Shown one piece after another: positions 41,261 through 51,315 of a stretch of 64,000 bases of DNA; position 1 is the first letter of the stretch; every line of letters starts with the position of its first letter. Below the pieces are notes generated by a model. It was not told the DNA's origin and made no database searches. It worked only from the letters and a program-made list of their open reading frames with translations. The DNA lies in the NCBI GenBank assembly GCA_963808235.1, contig CAWEEQ010000001.1, forward strand, positions 1 through 64,000, read 5' to 3'. This DNA comes from an uncultured delta proteobacterium (GTDB taxonomy: Bacteria; Desulfobacterota; Binatia; Binatales; Binataceae). A program made the position numbers and the translations under genes.

Positions 41261-42569
41261 TTAGTCGCCGCCTAGCTGCGCCGGGCTTTCGAGGGTTTGC
41301 TCTGGTCCGATATCGCCAAACGGGCCTGCCAGTCCGGGGCCGCGGCCTTTCTCGCCGTTGGCGGCTGCGGTGTCGCGCTGCGGGCGGTCGGTGCGCGATC
41401 GTTTGAACTGGAGGTCGTATTCTTCCTTCGAGGCCGCTTCGTATTCGGGACTGGTCAGCGCGGTCAGGAATGCGATCAAGTCGTCCTCTTCCGATTCGGA
41501 GAGTCCGAGCGGCACGATTCCGCCGTCGAGATAGGGATTCTGCACGCCGCCCTTGTTGTAGTGATCGATCGTATCCCACAAGGTCTGTTGCGAGCCGTCA
41601 TGGAAGTAGGGCTGGGTGACCAGCAGGTTGCGCAAACTCATGGTGCGGAACGCGCCGATATCATGTGGCTGCTTGGTCACCAGGAAACGGCCAAGTCCGC
41701 TCATGTCGGTGCCGATTGCGAGCTTGTCGATGGCTATAGAATCGCCGCCGCTGGTGGCGAGGGTGTCGAGCGCCTTGCGCGCGAGCGGCACGAAATCCGA
41801 CTTGTGCGCCGACACGCCGATGTTGTGGAACTTTTGATCGGTAAACAGCGGCTGGGTCGGATTCCATCCGTGACACGACATGCATCGGCCCTTGCCGTTG
41901 AAAATCGCCCATCCACGCTTGGCCGAGTCGCTGATCGCTTTATCGTCGCCGCTGATAAACTTGTCGAAGGGAGAATCGAATGCGAGCTGGGTGCGCTCGT
42001 AGGCGGCGATCGCGCGCTCGATATCGGGGAAGTTGACCTCGCGCCCGAACACGTCATTGAACTGCTTTTGATATTCGGGGATCGCCTTGATCGCCGCGAC
42101 CGCGTCGGCGGGCGACTTCATGCCCATCTCGACCGGATTGGTCACCGGGCCTTCGATTTGCGCCTCGAGGGTTGGCGAGCGTCCGTCCCAGAACTGGGTA
42201 ACGTTGAAAAGAGCGTTGAGTATTGACGGCGCGTTGCGCTGGCCGAACTGCGCGTGGATACCCATCGAGGTAGGCAAGCTGGTCGGTGAAGCCCTTGGCT
42301 GGCGCGTGACAGTGATCGCACGAGATCTTGCCGTCGGCGGAAAGGCCATCCTCGAAGAAGAGCGCCTTGCCGAGCGCAATTTTCGCCGGTGTTTGCGGAT
42401 TGTCAGGCGGAATCACCCATGAATACAGATCGGTGGGGAATCCAGCTTGCTTTTCGGACTTGGGATCGGCGAGGGGACCGGAGCTTTGCGCGTTGGCTGA
42501 GCGGAACGAAGCGATCAGCGTAATCGCGGCGAAGACGAAGTAGATGAGTAAGAAGCGGGCGGCCTTCAT
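41261..42569 (-). CDS. Di-heme bCcP/MauG superfamily protein (frameshift ~42270)
   Basis: LGKALFF, SCDHCH, RNAPS, QFWDGR, CMSCH, FRT..LRN...PYFHDGS. Confidence 0.9.
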
Positions 42570-42944
42570 CGTGGCGTTCTCCGGTGGCCCCATGGCGGTA
42601 TCAAGATGCGATACGCGCGGTTGGATTCAAGTAAATCAAGCGTGGCGACTCTGTCAACAGAGAATTTTGGGTGTGTGGGAAGTGAACTGGCCAACGATGT
42701 AGTTTGGCGCGGTTTGTGGAATCTGGGCAGGCTGAACAGTTCATCCCTGAACTTTCGTGGCGATCCCGGGAATTAGGGGAAGTTATGGGAGGGGATGCGG
42801 ATGCGAAACCCATAGTGGGTTTCGTTTTTCACTCTTCACTTTTCACTGCTTCCTCTGGTGGGAGAAAAAACTCTTGTTTTTGGGCACGCGGGCTACCACC
42901 TTGGAATGGCGTGGTGACTCGGGCGTCGAGAAAGATCCGGGGTC

Positions 42945-43050
42945 CCTCGGCTTCGCTCGGGATGACACGAAAATGGACACGAAAGTTTGGAATGAGACGA
43001 AGGAGGGATTCCTCGGCTTCGCTCGGGATGACACGAAAATGGACACGAAA
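42945..43050. repeat. Two identical 40-bp REP-like units, 66-bp period
   Basis: CCTCGGCTTCGCTCGGGATGACACGAAAATGGACACGAAA at 42945-42984 and 43011-43050. Confidence 0.9.
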
Positions 43051-43161
43051 ATTGAACGAGCGAAGGCGAAGAACACAACGGCGAGCTGTGTCAACGCGGA
43101 TTTCCCAGGACGCCCGGCCGCGGTCAGCGGCCGAGCGGGTTCAACTCAGGTCGAGCGAAGT

Positions 43162-44334
43162 CTATGGAGCGACGGCGGCCAGGCGCTCCGGTTTCGCAAG
43201 CCGCGCCTGACGCTCGAGCGCATTCATCCGTTGGGCCAGCGTATCGATCTGGGCGTTCTTCTTCTTGAGCGCGTCGATCTGCTTCCGCAGATCCGCAATT
43301 TGAGCGTCCTTTTGCTTTGTCTCCTTCGCCAGCATCTGTACTTCGTTGACGAGTAGCGCGGGGAGCAGATCGTAGCGTACCCCCTCGACCTTGCCGTCGT
43401 CGGTGCGAGTCACCAACTCCGGATACACCCGCGCCACATCCTCTGCGATGAGCCCGTACTGCAGCGAGCCGGCCGGGTCCTGCTTGTAGCGGAAGGTCAC
43501 CGGACGCAGCTTCAGCAGCCCGTTGCTCGCATTGCCCATGTCGTGGATGTCGCGCTTGTAGCGCGCCGAGGAGACCTGTACGCCGAGGTGGCCGCTGCTG
43601 TCGATCAGCACCACGCTTGCGCTGGACTTTGAAAGGGGGGTGCCGAAGATGCCGGCTACGAAGGCGGCGGTCTGGGTGCCCTGGGTGCCGATGCGGATGG
43701 TGCCAGATTCGCTCGAGGCGCCCTGGTTGCCGATGTCGATATTGTTGTCTCCGGTGACAAGATTAGAGCCTGCGCCAGCGCCGACCCCGATGTTGAAGGT
43801 GCCTGTGGCGTTGAGGAGGGCTTCATCTCCGGCGGCCGTGTTGGCGAAGCCGATGATGCTGTTGGATAGGGCGAGGCCCCCGATGGCGACGTTGTCGGTG
43901 CCGGTGGTGTTTACTCTGAGGGCGGCGTCGCCGACCGCAATGTTCGCGTTGCCGGTGGTGTTGCCGACGAGGGCATCGAGTCCGACCGCGGTGTTGGCGT
44001 TGCCAGTAGTGTTGCTGATGAGGGCTCCCGCTCCGTCAGCGGTGTTTTGAAAGCCCGTGGTGTTGCCCTTGAGGGCATCCGCTCCGGTGGCTGTGTTGAC
44101 CAGACCCGTCGTGTTGTTCTGCAGGGCGTTGGATCCGAGCGCGGTATTAGAATTGTCGCCGCTGGCGGCGTTGGTCAGTGGCACGCAGGTGCCGCCAATG
44201 GTCGCTCCTGATCCGGCGCAAGTGTCGCTTTGCGCCGCCGCGATGGCCGCGCTTGCGAGCACGATGAGCAAGATCGCAGCGAGAGAAAACCCGACACTCC
44301 TAGTGCAAATGCGCATGTGTTTGGCCCGTACCAT
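43162..44334 (-). CDS. Secreted repeat protein with peptidase S74 (intramolecular chaperone) domain and coiled coil
   Basis: Signal peptide, ~14-aa NTAxGxxALxxNTTG repeats, SSARYK..I, LRPV.FRY, YGLIAEDV. Confidence 0.85.
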   Translation of the reverse strand: MVRAKHMRICTRSVGFSLAAILLIVLASAAIAAAQSDTCAGSGATIGGTCVPLTNAASGDNSNTALGSNALQNNTTGLVNTATGADALKGNTTGFQNTADGAGALISNTTGNANTAVGLDALVGNTTGNANIAVGDAALRVNTTGTDNVAIGGLALSNSIIGFANTAAGDEALLNATGTFNIGVGAGAGSNLVTGDNNIDIGNQGASSESGTIRIGTQGTQTAAFVAGIFGTPLSKSSASVVLIDSSGHLGVQVSSARYKRDIHDMGNASNGLLKLRPVTFRYKQDPAGSLQYGLIAEDVARVYPELVTRTDDGKVEGVRYDLLPALLVNEVQMLAKETKQKDAQIADLRKQIDALKKKNAQIDTLAQRMNALERQARLAKPERLAAVAP

Positions 44335-44659
44335 TTTCCCGATCCTCCCTACCGCTTTTGCCTCCCGCTCTTGTGAGCGGTCTAGTTCACGCAGCGGTTA
44401 CGTGAAGCGTGGCAGTGACGAGATCGACCTCCCCTAACCTGGAGCATCCGGACCAAGACAGAATTTCTCACTCCGCAGTCTCCAGGAGCGGGTCGGATAT
44501 TAGAAAACGGCGCAGCTTAGCGCAAAGCCGACGGTTTCCGCTCGATGGGCGCGACGGTTCTGCTCGGGACCGGGGCTAACAACTGCTTTGGTGCTTGCCA
44601 GAACGGTGTCCGCTTCAAGTGAACGCGGTGCCTTCTGTTGGTAGTGCTAGGCTTGGGGA

Positions 44660-44932
44660 ATGAAAACATTCACGTTCGCGATTCTGGCGGTTTTGCTTTG
44701 TTGCTTCATACTCGCGCCGCGCTCGGCCCGCGCGCAGGTCACCGTGCGTATCGGCGCAACGGATAATGACTGGTATCAGGGTCGTCAAGGGCATTGGGAA
44801 GGGCAGAAGGATGCGATGCGGTATCGGACTGTCGACGGCGATGAGTATTCTCGCCACGGGACCAGTTGGCAGTGGGCGCATCGAAATCCGCAGACCGATC
44901 GTCGCAGCCCGGAGCACACGACCGGGCACTGA
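44660..44932 (+). CDS. Small secreted hypothetical protein
   Basis: Signal peptide ending ARA, W-rich body, GGGGA RBS. Confidence 0.55.
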   Translation: MKTFTFAILAVLLCCFILAPRSARAQVTVRIGATDNDWYQGRQGHWEGQKDAMRYRTVDGDEYSRHGTSWQWAHRNPQTDRRSPEHTTGH

Positions 44933-45010
44933 GCCGCTATCAAGCAGACCTCTCACCCGCGCGCGACGCGAAGTCGCGCGCGGCCTCTCTCTCGCCCGCA
45001 TGTTCACTGC

Positions 45011-45172
45011 TCACTTCAACCAGATTCGGATAAAGATAAATGCGATGAGTCCGATCAGCGCGCCGTCGAACCATGGCTTCGCGGCGGCGTCGTGGCCGCT
45101 GGCTAGCAGGTAAAAGAGGAGCGCGCATAGTAGCAAGACGGTGATGACGCCGCGGTAGCTGAAGATGAACAT
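45011..45172 (-). CDS. 53-aa two-TM membrane protein (below ORF-track cutoff)
   Basis: MFIFSYRGVITVLLLCALLFYLLASGHDAAAKPWFDGALIGLIAFIFIRIWLK read by hand. Confidence 0.55.
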   Translation of the reverse strand: MFIFSYRGVITVLLLCALLFYLLASGHDAAAKPWFDGALIGLIAFIFIRIWLK

Positions 45173-45211
45173 CAGTGGCTACGCGAATTAGTCCGGGGTG
45201 ATCATGAGGCT

Positions 45212-45258
45212 GGCGCCCTCACCCGACGCTTCGCGTCGACCTCTCCCGAAGGGAGAGG
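45212..45258. repeat. REP-like palindrome
   Basis: GGCGCCCTCACCCGACGCTTCGCGTCGACCTCTCCCGAAGGGAGAGG, related to 41143-41197. Confidence 0.7.
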
Positions 45259-45321
45259 TGGGTTTGCGGGGACGCGGAAACGATCGCGGCGTCGACTGCG
45301 TCCCCATCTTCAGAATCAGCG

Positions 45322-45852
45322 TCAGCCCATCTTGGTTAGCAAATCGGACATGTCGTTGGCGTGTTCTTCTTCTACCTTGTTTATTTGTTCGATCAGCAGG
45401 CGGGTGGTCGGATCGCCGTCGCCCAGCCATCGGATGATTTCCGAATAGGTCTGGATCGCGATTCGCTCGGCGACCAGGTCTTCCTTGATCATGTCGACCA
45501 GGGTCTTGCCCTCGACGTACTCCGAGTGCGAGCGGTCGGCGAGTCCCTTGGGACTGAAGTCGGGTTCTCCGCCGAGCTGGGTGATTCGCTCCGCAACCCA
45601 ATCGGCGTGCTGCTGTTCTTCGCCCGCGTGCTGGAGGAATTCCGCCTTGACCGAATCGGAGTTGATCCCCTGCGCCATATAGTAGTGACGCTTGTAGCGA
45701 AGCACGCAGACGAGCTCGGTGGCGAGCACGTCATTGAGGACTTTGAGCACCTGCGCGCGGTCGGCCTTGTATCCTTCGGTAACGGCGCCCTTGTCCATAT
45801 GCTGGCGCGCGTTCTCTCTGATTTTTTTAACGTCGGTCAGGAATTTGTCCAT
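45322..45852 (-). CDS. Bacterioferritin-like / ferritin-like domain protein
   Basis: LATE, EEQQHA..VAERI.QLGGEP, DLVAE, EEEHA di-iron motifs. Confidence 0.88.
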   Translation of the reverse strand: MDKFLTDVKKIRENARQHMDKGAVTEGYKADRAQVLKVLNDVLATELVCVLRYKRHYYMAQGINSDSVKAEFLQHAGEEQQHADWVAERITQLGGEPDFSPKGLADRSHSEYVEGKTLVDMIKEDLVAERIAIQTYSEIIRWLGDGDPTTRLLIEQINKVEEEHANDMSDLLTKMG

Positions 45853-46101
45853 GTGAAGTCTCCTTTCGGACGAAGTTTTCTCTCGCGGTGATTTGATCGT
45901 GGTGCTTTGATCGTAGTCGATTTCCGCCTTTATGGGCAGAGTCGATTCGATGAAATCGGGGGGCGGTGAAGACGCGCGCGCATCGTGCTAGCTTTGGAGT
46001 GGTTACGGGTTACGGTGAGCGCGTCGAGAGGTTGATATCGCGCGTAGGCGCCCAAGTCGATCGAAACGGAATCTGCCGCAATCGGACTTTCGAGAAGATC
46101 T

Positions 46102-47485
46102 TTGGAACCCCGCATTCTCGAGCGCGCAGAGCATCCCATTTCGCGCCGCGATATCGACGCCAACGTTCTGAAGGTCCTCTATCGACTGGCCGGCGCGGGC
46201 CATGACGCATACCTGGTCGGCGGCGGGGTGCGCGATCTGATGCTCTCGCGCAAGCCGAAGGACTTCGACGTCGCCACATCGGCGCATCCGCAGCAAGTGC
46301 GCGAGCTGTTCCGCAATTCGCGGCTAATCGGGCGGCGCTTTCGCCTGGTGCACGTATTCTTCGGCCGGCAGAACGTCGAGGTCGCGACCTTCCGCCGCCA
46401 GGCAGAGGCGGTTGCCGACGCCGACGATCCGCTGATTCGGCTCGACAACACTTTCGGCACTCCGGAGGAAGACGCGTTTCGGCGCGACTTCACCGTCAAC
46501 GCGCTGTTCTACAGTCCGCAAAGTTTTCGGGTGGTCGATTTTCCGGGCGGAGTCGACGACCTGAAGGCGCGGTCTGATCCGCACGATCGGAGACCCGGAG
46601 TTGCGGATGCGCGAGGATCCGGTGCGGATGATGCGCGCGGTGCGATTCGCGGCCAAGCTCGGCTTCGAGATCGAGCCAGCCACGCGCGCCGCGATCGAGC
46701 GTTATCGCGCCGACCTGGCGAAGGCGTCGCGGCCGCGCCTGGTCGACGAGACCTACAAGACGCTTGCGCAGCCCGAGGCCGCGCACGCGCTGGTCCTGAT
46801 GGAGGAACTCGGACTGCTCGAAGCGGTGATGCCGATTGTCTCGGCGCATCTGAAGTCGCGCGCCGGAACGCTCGCGGAGCAGGCGGTGGTGCGCAACATG
46901 GCCGCAATGGGGGTCGCGATTGCGGGCGGCTACGCGCCGGAGCATTCGATCGTGCTGTCGGCGTTGATGCTCGATCTCTATCGCGACGAGCATCGGCGGC
47001 CGGGCTCGAAGCGGACCGATCTGCTCGGCCATTTGCGCGCATGTGGTTTTGCGCGCGGCGATACGGAACAGATGCGCCTTATCCTGGAGGCGTTCGAGAA
47101 TCTCGCGTCGCCGACGCGGCGCACGCGCCGGCTGATGCGCCGGCCGTACTTTCCCGACGCGCGGCTTTTCTTCGAGATGACGGCGCCGACCTATTCGATC
47201 GACGCGACTCACATGATGCGCTGGCTTTCAGATCCGGAAGCGAGCGGAGTTCCTGCGAGCCACTCGGGAGCGTCGGAAGCGTCGCATCTCAACGGGCCGC
47301 ATCCAATGTCGAACGGACAGCGGAGGCGAAGGCGCCGGCGGCGTCGCTCGCGTCATGGCGGACATGGCAACCACGCCGCGGTGACGATTGCTCCGAGCGC
47401 GCATGCCGGTGAAGGCGCGCATCATCAGTTCATCGATCAACCGATTCTGAGCGTCACGAATAGCCAGATCGCGACGATCTGCTAA
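46102..47485 (+). CDS. pcnB: Poly(A) polymerase I (frameshift ~46572)
   Basis: LVGGGVRD, KDFDVAT, LIGRRFRLVHV signature, RRDFTVNAL, EDPVRMMRAVRF, Arg-rich tail. Confidence 0.9.
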
Positions 47486-47530
47486 TGCCCATCGACTAAC
47501 TACTTGGTATCGACTAGTTTTGTTTGGACT

Positions 47531-48457
47531 ATGCCTGCGAACAATCTGCGCTCCGATAAAATCTGGATGGACGGAACGATGGTGCCTTACGACGAGGCCA
47601 CGGTTCACGTCCTGACGCATAGCCTGCACTACGGGCTCGCGGTTTTCGAAGGGATGCGATGCTACAAGACCGACGCCGGGCACTCCGCAATTTTCCGTGC
47701 CAAGGAGCATATCCGGCGGCTTATCGAATCCGGGCATATCGTCGAGATGGAGGTTCCGTACAGCCAGGAGGAACTGCTCAAGGCGTGCGCCGACGTGGTG
47801 CGGGTAAATAAGTTCGCGGAGTGCTACATCCGGCCGCTGGTGTTTTTCGGCGAAGGGGAGATGGGGCTGTCGGCGCGCGGAAACAAGATTCGCGTCTCGA
47901 TAGCGGCGTGGCCGTGGGGCGCGTACCTCGGCCAGGACAGCCACTTGAAAGGAGTGCGGCTGAAGACCTCGTCGTTCGTGCGGTTTCATCACAACTCGAT
48001 GATGCCGGCGGCGAAGGCGACGGGGCATTACGTGAACTCGATCCTCGCCGGCTACGAGGCGCGCCGCAACGGCTACGACGAGGCGCTGCTCTTGAACACG
48101 GAGGGCTTCGTGGCGGAAGGAAGCGGCGAGAATGTGTTCGTGGTGCGCGACGGAATCGTGCGCACGCCGCCCTTGACGTCGGTGCTGGCGGGAATCACGC
48201 GCGATGCGGTCATCACGATCCTCAAGGATGCGGGCATCGAGGTGCGCGAGGAATATTTCGCGCGCGACGCGTTCTATATCGCGGACGAAGCGTTCATGAC
48301 CGGGACGGCGGCCGAAGTGACGCCGGTAGTCGAGCTCGACGATCGCCGAATCGGCGCCGGGAAGCCGGGACCAATCACGCTCAAGGTGCTGAAGGTTTTT
48401 CAGAACGCGCTACACGGGCGCGAACCGCGCTATCGCGAGTGGCTGTACCAGGTCTGA
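47531..48457 (+). CDS. ilvE: Branched-chain amino acid aminotransferase
   Basis: HSLHYG..VFEG, YIRP, KATGHY, EGSGEN, TGTAAEVTP. Confidence 0.95.
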   Translation: MPANNLRSDKIWMDGTMVPYDEATVHVLTHSLHYGLAVFEGMRCYKTDAGHSAIFRAKEHIRRLIESGHIVEMEVPYSQEELLKACADVVRVNKFAECYIRPLVFFGEGEMGLSARGNKIRVSIAAWPWGAYLGQDSHLKGVRLKTSSFVRFHHNSMMPAAKATGHYVNSILAGYEARRNGYDEALLLNTEGFVAEGSGENVFVVRDGIVRTPPLTSVLAGITRDAVITILKDAGIEVREEYFARDAFYIADEAFMTGTAAEVTPVVELDDRRIGAGKPGPITLKVLKVFQNALHGREPRYREWLYQV

Positions 48458-48517
48458 GCGCATAGCGGCGGAACTTTCGCGCCGCGACGGTAGTTCAATC
48501 TTGAAACGGAGAGTCGC

Positions 48518-49105
48518 ATGAAGATGATCACCGTCGCCGTCATCGCGATCCTGCTGGTAGTTGGAGCGATCGCACTCCGCCCGCGAATCGCGCGCGCCGA
48601 CATGCTCAAGGAAGGGCAAATCGCGCCGCCGTTCTCGACCCAGATGGTCACCGGCGATCAGCAGGCGCCGGTCTCGCTGTCGGATTTCCAGGGCCGCAAA
48701 GTGATTCTCTATTTTTATCCGAAGGACGAGACCCCTGGATGCACCAAGGAGGCGTGCGCGTTTCGCGACGGCTACTCGCGCTTCACCAACGCCGGGCTGA
48801 CGGTGCTCGGATGCAGCGTCGATTCGGCGGACGCGCATAAGGAATTCATCAAAAAATACAGTCTGCCGTTTCCGCTGTTGCTCGACCCCGACAAAAAAAT
48901 TGCGACTGAGTACGGCGCGGCGAACGGGATTCCGATTCTCGGGCTCGACCGGCGGATCACGTACGTCATCGATGAGAAAGGCAGCGTGCTGAAGGTTTAT
49001 CCCAACGTCGATCCGTCGACGCACGCGATCGAAATCCTGAACGACCTCGGCGTCGCCAACGCAGCGCCGCCCGTCGCCGCGAGTCCTACACCCGCGCCGA
49101 ATTGA
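48518..49105 (+). CDS. bcp: Peroxiredoxin Bcp/PrxQ with N-terminal signal/TM
   Basis: YFYPKDETPGCTKEAC. Confidence 0.88.
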   Translation: MKMITVAVIAILLVVGAIALRPRIARADMLKEGQIAPPFSTQMVTGDQQAPVSLSDFQGRKVILYFYPKDETPGCTKEACAFRDGYSRFTNAGLTVLGCSVDSADAHKEFIKKYSLPFPLLLDPDKKIATEYGAANGIPILGLDRRITYVIDEKGSVLKVYPNVDPSTHAIEILNDLGVANAAPPVAASPTPAPN

Positions 49106-49114
49106 ATCAGCGAT

Positions 49115-49852
49115 CTATCGTAACTTCGCTACTTCGCTCGGCGAGTAGCCGAGACTCACCGCGAGCATCACGGCGGCCGCGGCCAGCGCGTCGGGATTCG
49201 TCTGGCGGCGAATCATCTGAGTGAGCACCTCGATATGCGCGGCGATCGTATCGGCGTCGCTCATGCGGGCGCATCCGAGGCGGTCGGAGTCGAAGGTGGC
49301 GTCGATGAGCGGATTAGGATCGTAGCCGGACTCAGCGAGCGCTTCGCGGACCGCGCGGCGCCAGAACTCGCGCGGAAGGACTCGATCGAAGTCGGCAGTC
49401 GCGGCGATTTGTTCGCGAAAGATCGGAAGTAGCGAAGCATAGCGAGCGTTCGCATCGAGATGCGGGGCGACATTCTGCGCATCGAGAAAATCATCCACCG
49501 TGCCGTCGTCGCCATAGACGCCGAGCGAGCCAGCGGCGGCCTCGAGGGTGATGAATCTTTCGTCAATTCCAGCATCGTCGCGCTCGATGCCGAGCGGATA
49601 AAGACGGCATGCGAGCGGACGTCCGCGATGAATTCCGCATCGCGAGCCGTCGAGCATCGCGCACGCGCCGGTGTCGGTGAACTTGAGGATCGAGCCGCGC
49701 CGAATCGTGAATCGACGTATCGCCTCAGAGGTCGTAACGCCCGCCGCGCGTGCGATTCGGAGCAAGTCGAACGGCGAAAGCGCGATGACCTTGTCATGGC
49801 AGCATCGCCCGCACGCGTTGCAGAGATATGAAAATGGGCTGTTACGATTCAC
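49115..49852 (-). CDS. YkgJ family cysteine-cluster protein
   Basis: CNACGRCC...C...C.IH..RPLACRLYP. Confidence 0.88.
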   Translation of the reverse strand: MNRNSPFSYLCNACGRCCHDKVIALSPFDLLRIARAAGVTTSEAIRRFTIRRGSILKFTDTGACAMLDGSRCGIHRGRPLACRLYPLGIERDDAGIDERFITLEAAAGSLGVYGDDGTVDDFLDAQNVAPHLDANARYASLLPIFREQIAATADFDRVLPREFWRRAVREALAESGYDPNPLIDATFDSDRLGCARMSDADTIAAHIEVLTQMIRRQTNPDALAAAAVMLAVSLGYSPSEVAKLR

Positions 49853-49892
49853 CTGACTTATGGTTCTTCAAGTCTGCTACGATTCTAGCGCG

Positions 49893-51203
49893 ATGCCGAT
49901 ATCACACATCCCTTCGTGCGACACTATTGTGGTGCTTGCGCCGCATACGCGCGACGGTGCGACTATGCTCGCCAAGAATAGCGATCGGCCGACGCGCGAG
50001 TGCCAGCCGCTGTTTCAGTCATCGCGCCGTCGCTATCCTGAGGGCGCGACTGTCAGCTGTCAGTATCTGGAGATTCCACAAGTCGCGACGACCGCCGCGG
50101 TGATCGGCTCGCGGCCGTTCTGGCTGTGGGGATTCGAGCATGGACTAAACGAGCATGGGGTCGCGATCGGCAACGAAGCGGTTCTGACGCGCGAGAGGCT
50201 GCCGGCGACGGGTTTGCTCGGGATGGACCTGGTGCGCCTCGGACTCGAGCGCTCGCGGACCGCGCGCGAGGCGACTGAAGTTATAGGCGCATTGATCGAA
50301 CGCTTCGGGCAGGGCGGTTCAGGTGAATATGACAGAGACTTTCGCTACTCCGGCGGATTCATTATCGCCGATCATGGCGAGGCCTACGTGCTGGAAAGCT
50401 CTGGGCGCCAATGGATTGCTCGCACGGTTCGCGATCGCGCGTGTATCTCGAATCGTCTTACACTCGAATCGTATGAGCTGAGCTCCCCAGATGCGCAGAC
50501 TCATGCGCGCGAGTGCGGATGGTGGGATGGCGAATCATCTTTCGACTTCGCCGCCGCGTACTCGAGCAGGAGTGCGGGCAAGGACAAGGACGATCCGCTG
50601 GTGGCGCGTGAACGGCTGGCGCGCAGCCGCGAACTCGTCGGGCGAAACGGACGCCGCACTCTTCGCGAGATGCTCGCGATACTGCGCGATCATGGCGGGC
50701 GCGGCGAAATGCCGCCCGCCGGCACGCTCGAGTCGCGGGACTCGTCGCCGACGCTCTGCATGCATCGCTCGGCAGGAGGCACGACCGCGAGCATGGTCGC
50801 GGAACTCCCGGCGCCGGATGCGGACACGATCCCAACAATGTGGGCGTCACTCGCGGCGCCGTGCACATCGATCGCGTTTCCGTTGTTCGTCACCGGCGCG
50901 CTTCCTCCGATTCTCACCGCTGGCGGCGAGAGAGTTTCGTCCGACTCGCCATGGTGGCGCTTCAAGAAGATACAGGACCTCGTGGCTGCGGCGCCCGAGC
51001 GCCTCGCGCCGATCGCATGGAAACATTTCCGGCCCCTCGAAGCTGCGATGCTCGAACGGATCGCCGAAGTGCGCGAGCGAGCACGGCACCTCGATCCGGC
51101 CGGGCGCGAGAAACTGCTCAGCGAATGCATGGCGCAAAATATCGTGCGCGTGCTGAATGCGCAGGCGGCCGCGGAGGCGGAACTCATCCACGTGGCGACT
51201 TAG
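49893..51203 (+). CDS. C69 family dipeptidase/secernin-like Ntn hydrolase
   Basis: SCDT, AKNSDR, WLWGFEHGLNEHGVAIGNEAV, GMDLVRLGLER. Confidence 0.9.
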   Translation: MPISHIPSCDTIVVLAPHTRDGATMLAKNSDRPTRECQPLFQSSRRRYPEGATVSCQYLEIPQVATTAAVIGSRPFWLWGFEHGLNEHGVAIGNEAVLTRERLPATGLLGMDLVRLGLERSRTAREATEVIGALIERFGQGGSGEYDRDFRYSGGFIIADHGEAYVLESSGRQWIARTVRDRACISNRLTLESYELSSPDAQTHARECGWWDGESSFDFAAAYSSRSAGKDKDDPLVARERLARSRELVGRNGRRTLREMLAILRDHGGRGEMPPAGTLESRDSSPTLCMHRSAGGTTASMVAELPAPDADTIPTMWASLAAPCTSIAFPLFVTGALPPILTAGGERVSSDSPWWRFKKIQDLVAAAPERLAPIAWKHFRPLEAAMLERIAEVRERARHLDPAGREKLLSECMAQNIVRVLNAQAAAEAELIHVAT

Positions 51204-51315
51204 AGAACCGTTTTTTACGTCAGAGCCCTTCGGGGGCTTGCTCCGTGGTCGGTAGGGGCGCTACTCAACAGATACCGGACTCGAATCGCGAATTTAACGG
51301 GAGATTTTCCAAGCA

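Noticed and set aside
42945-43050. Two 40-bp direct repeats with a 26-bp gap as a mini CRISPR array
   Set aside because: The unit resembles the REP-like CTTCGCT...ATGAC family also seen at 41081; no CRISPR-type ends, only two units.
46560-46600. Programmed frameshifting or pseudogenes in pcnB, RND pump, acyl-CoA dehydrogenase and the MauG-like gene
   Set aside because: Single-base indels without slippery sites in otherwise intact core genes fit long-read consensus error better.
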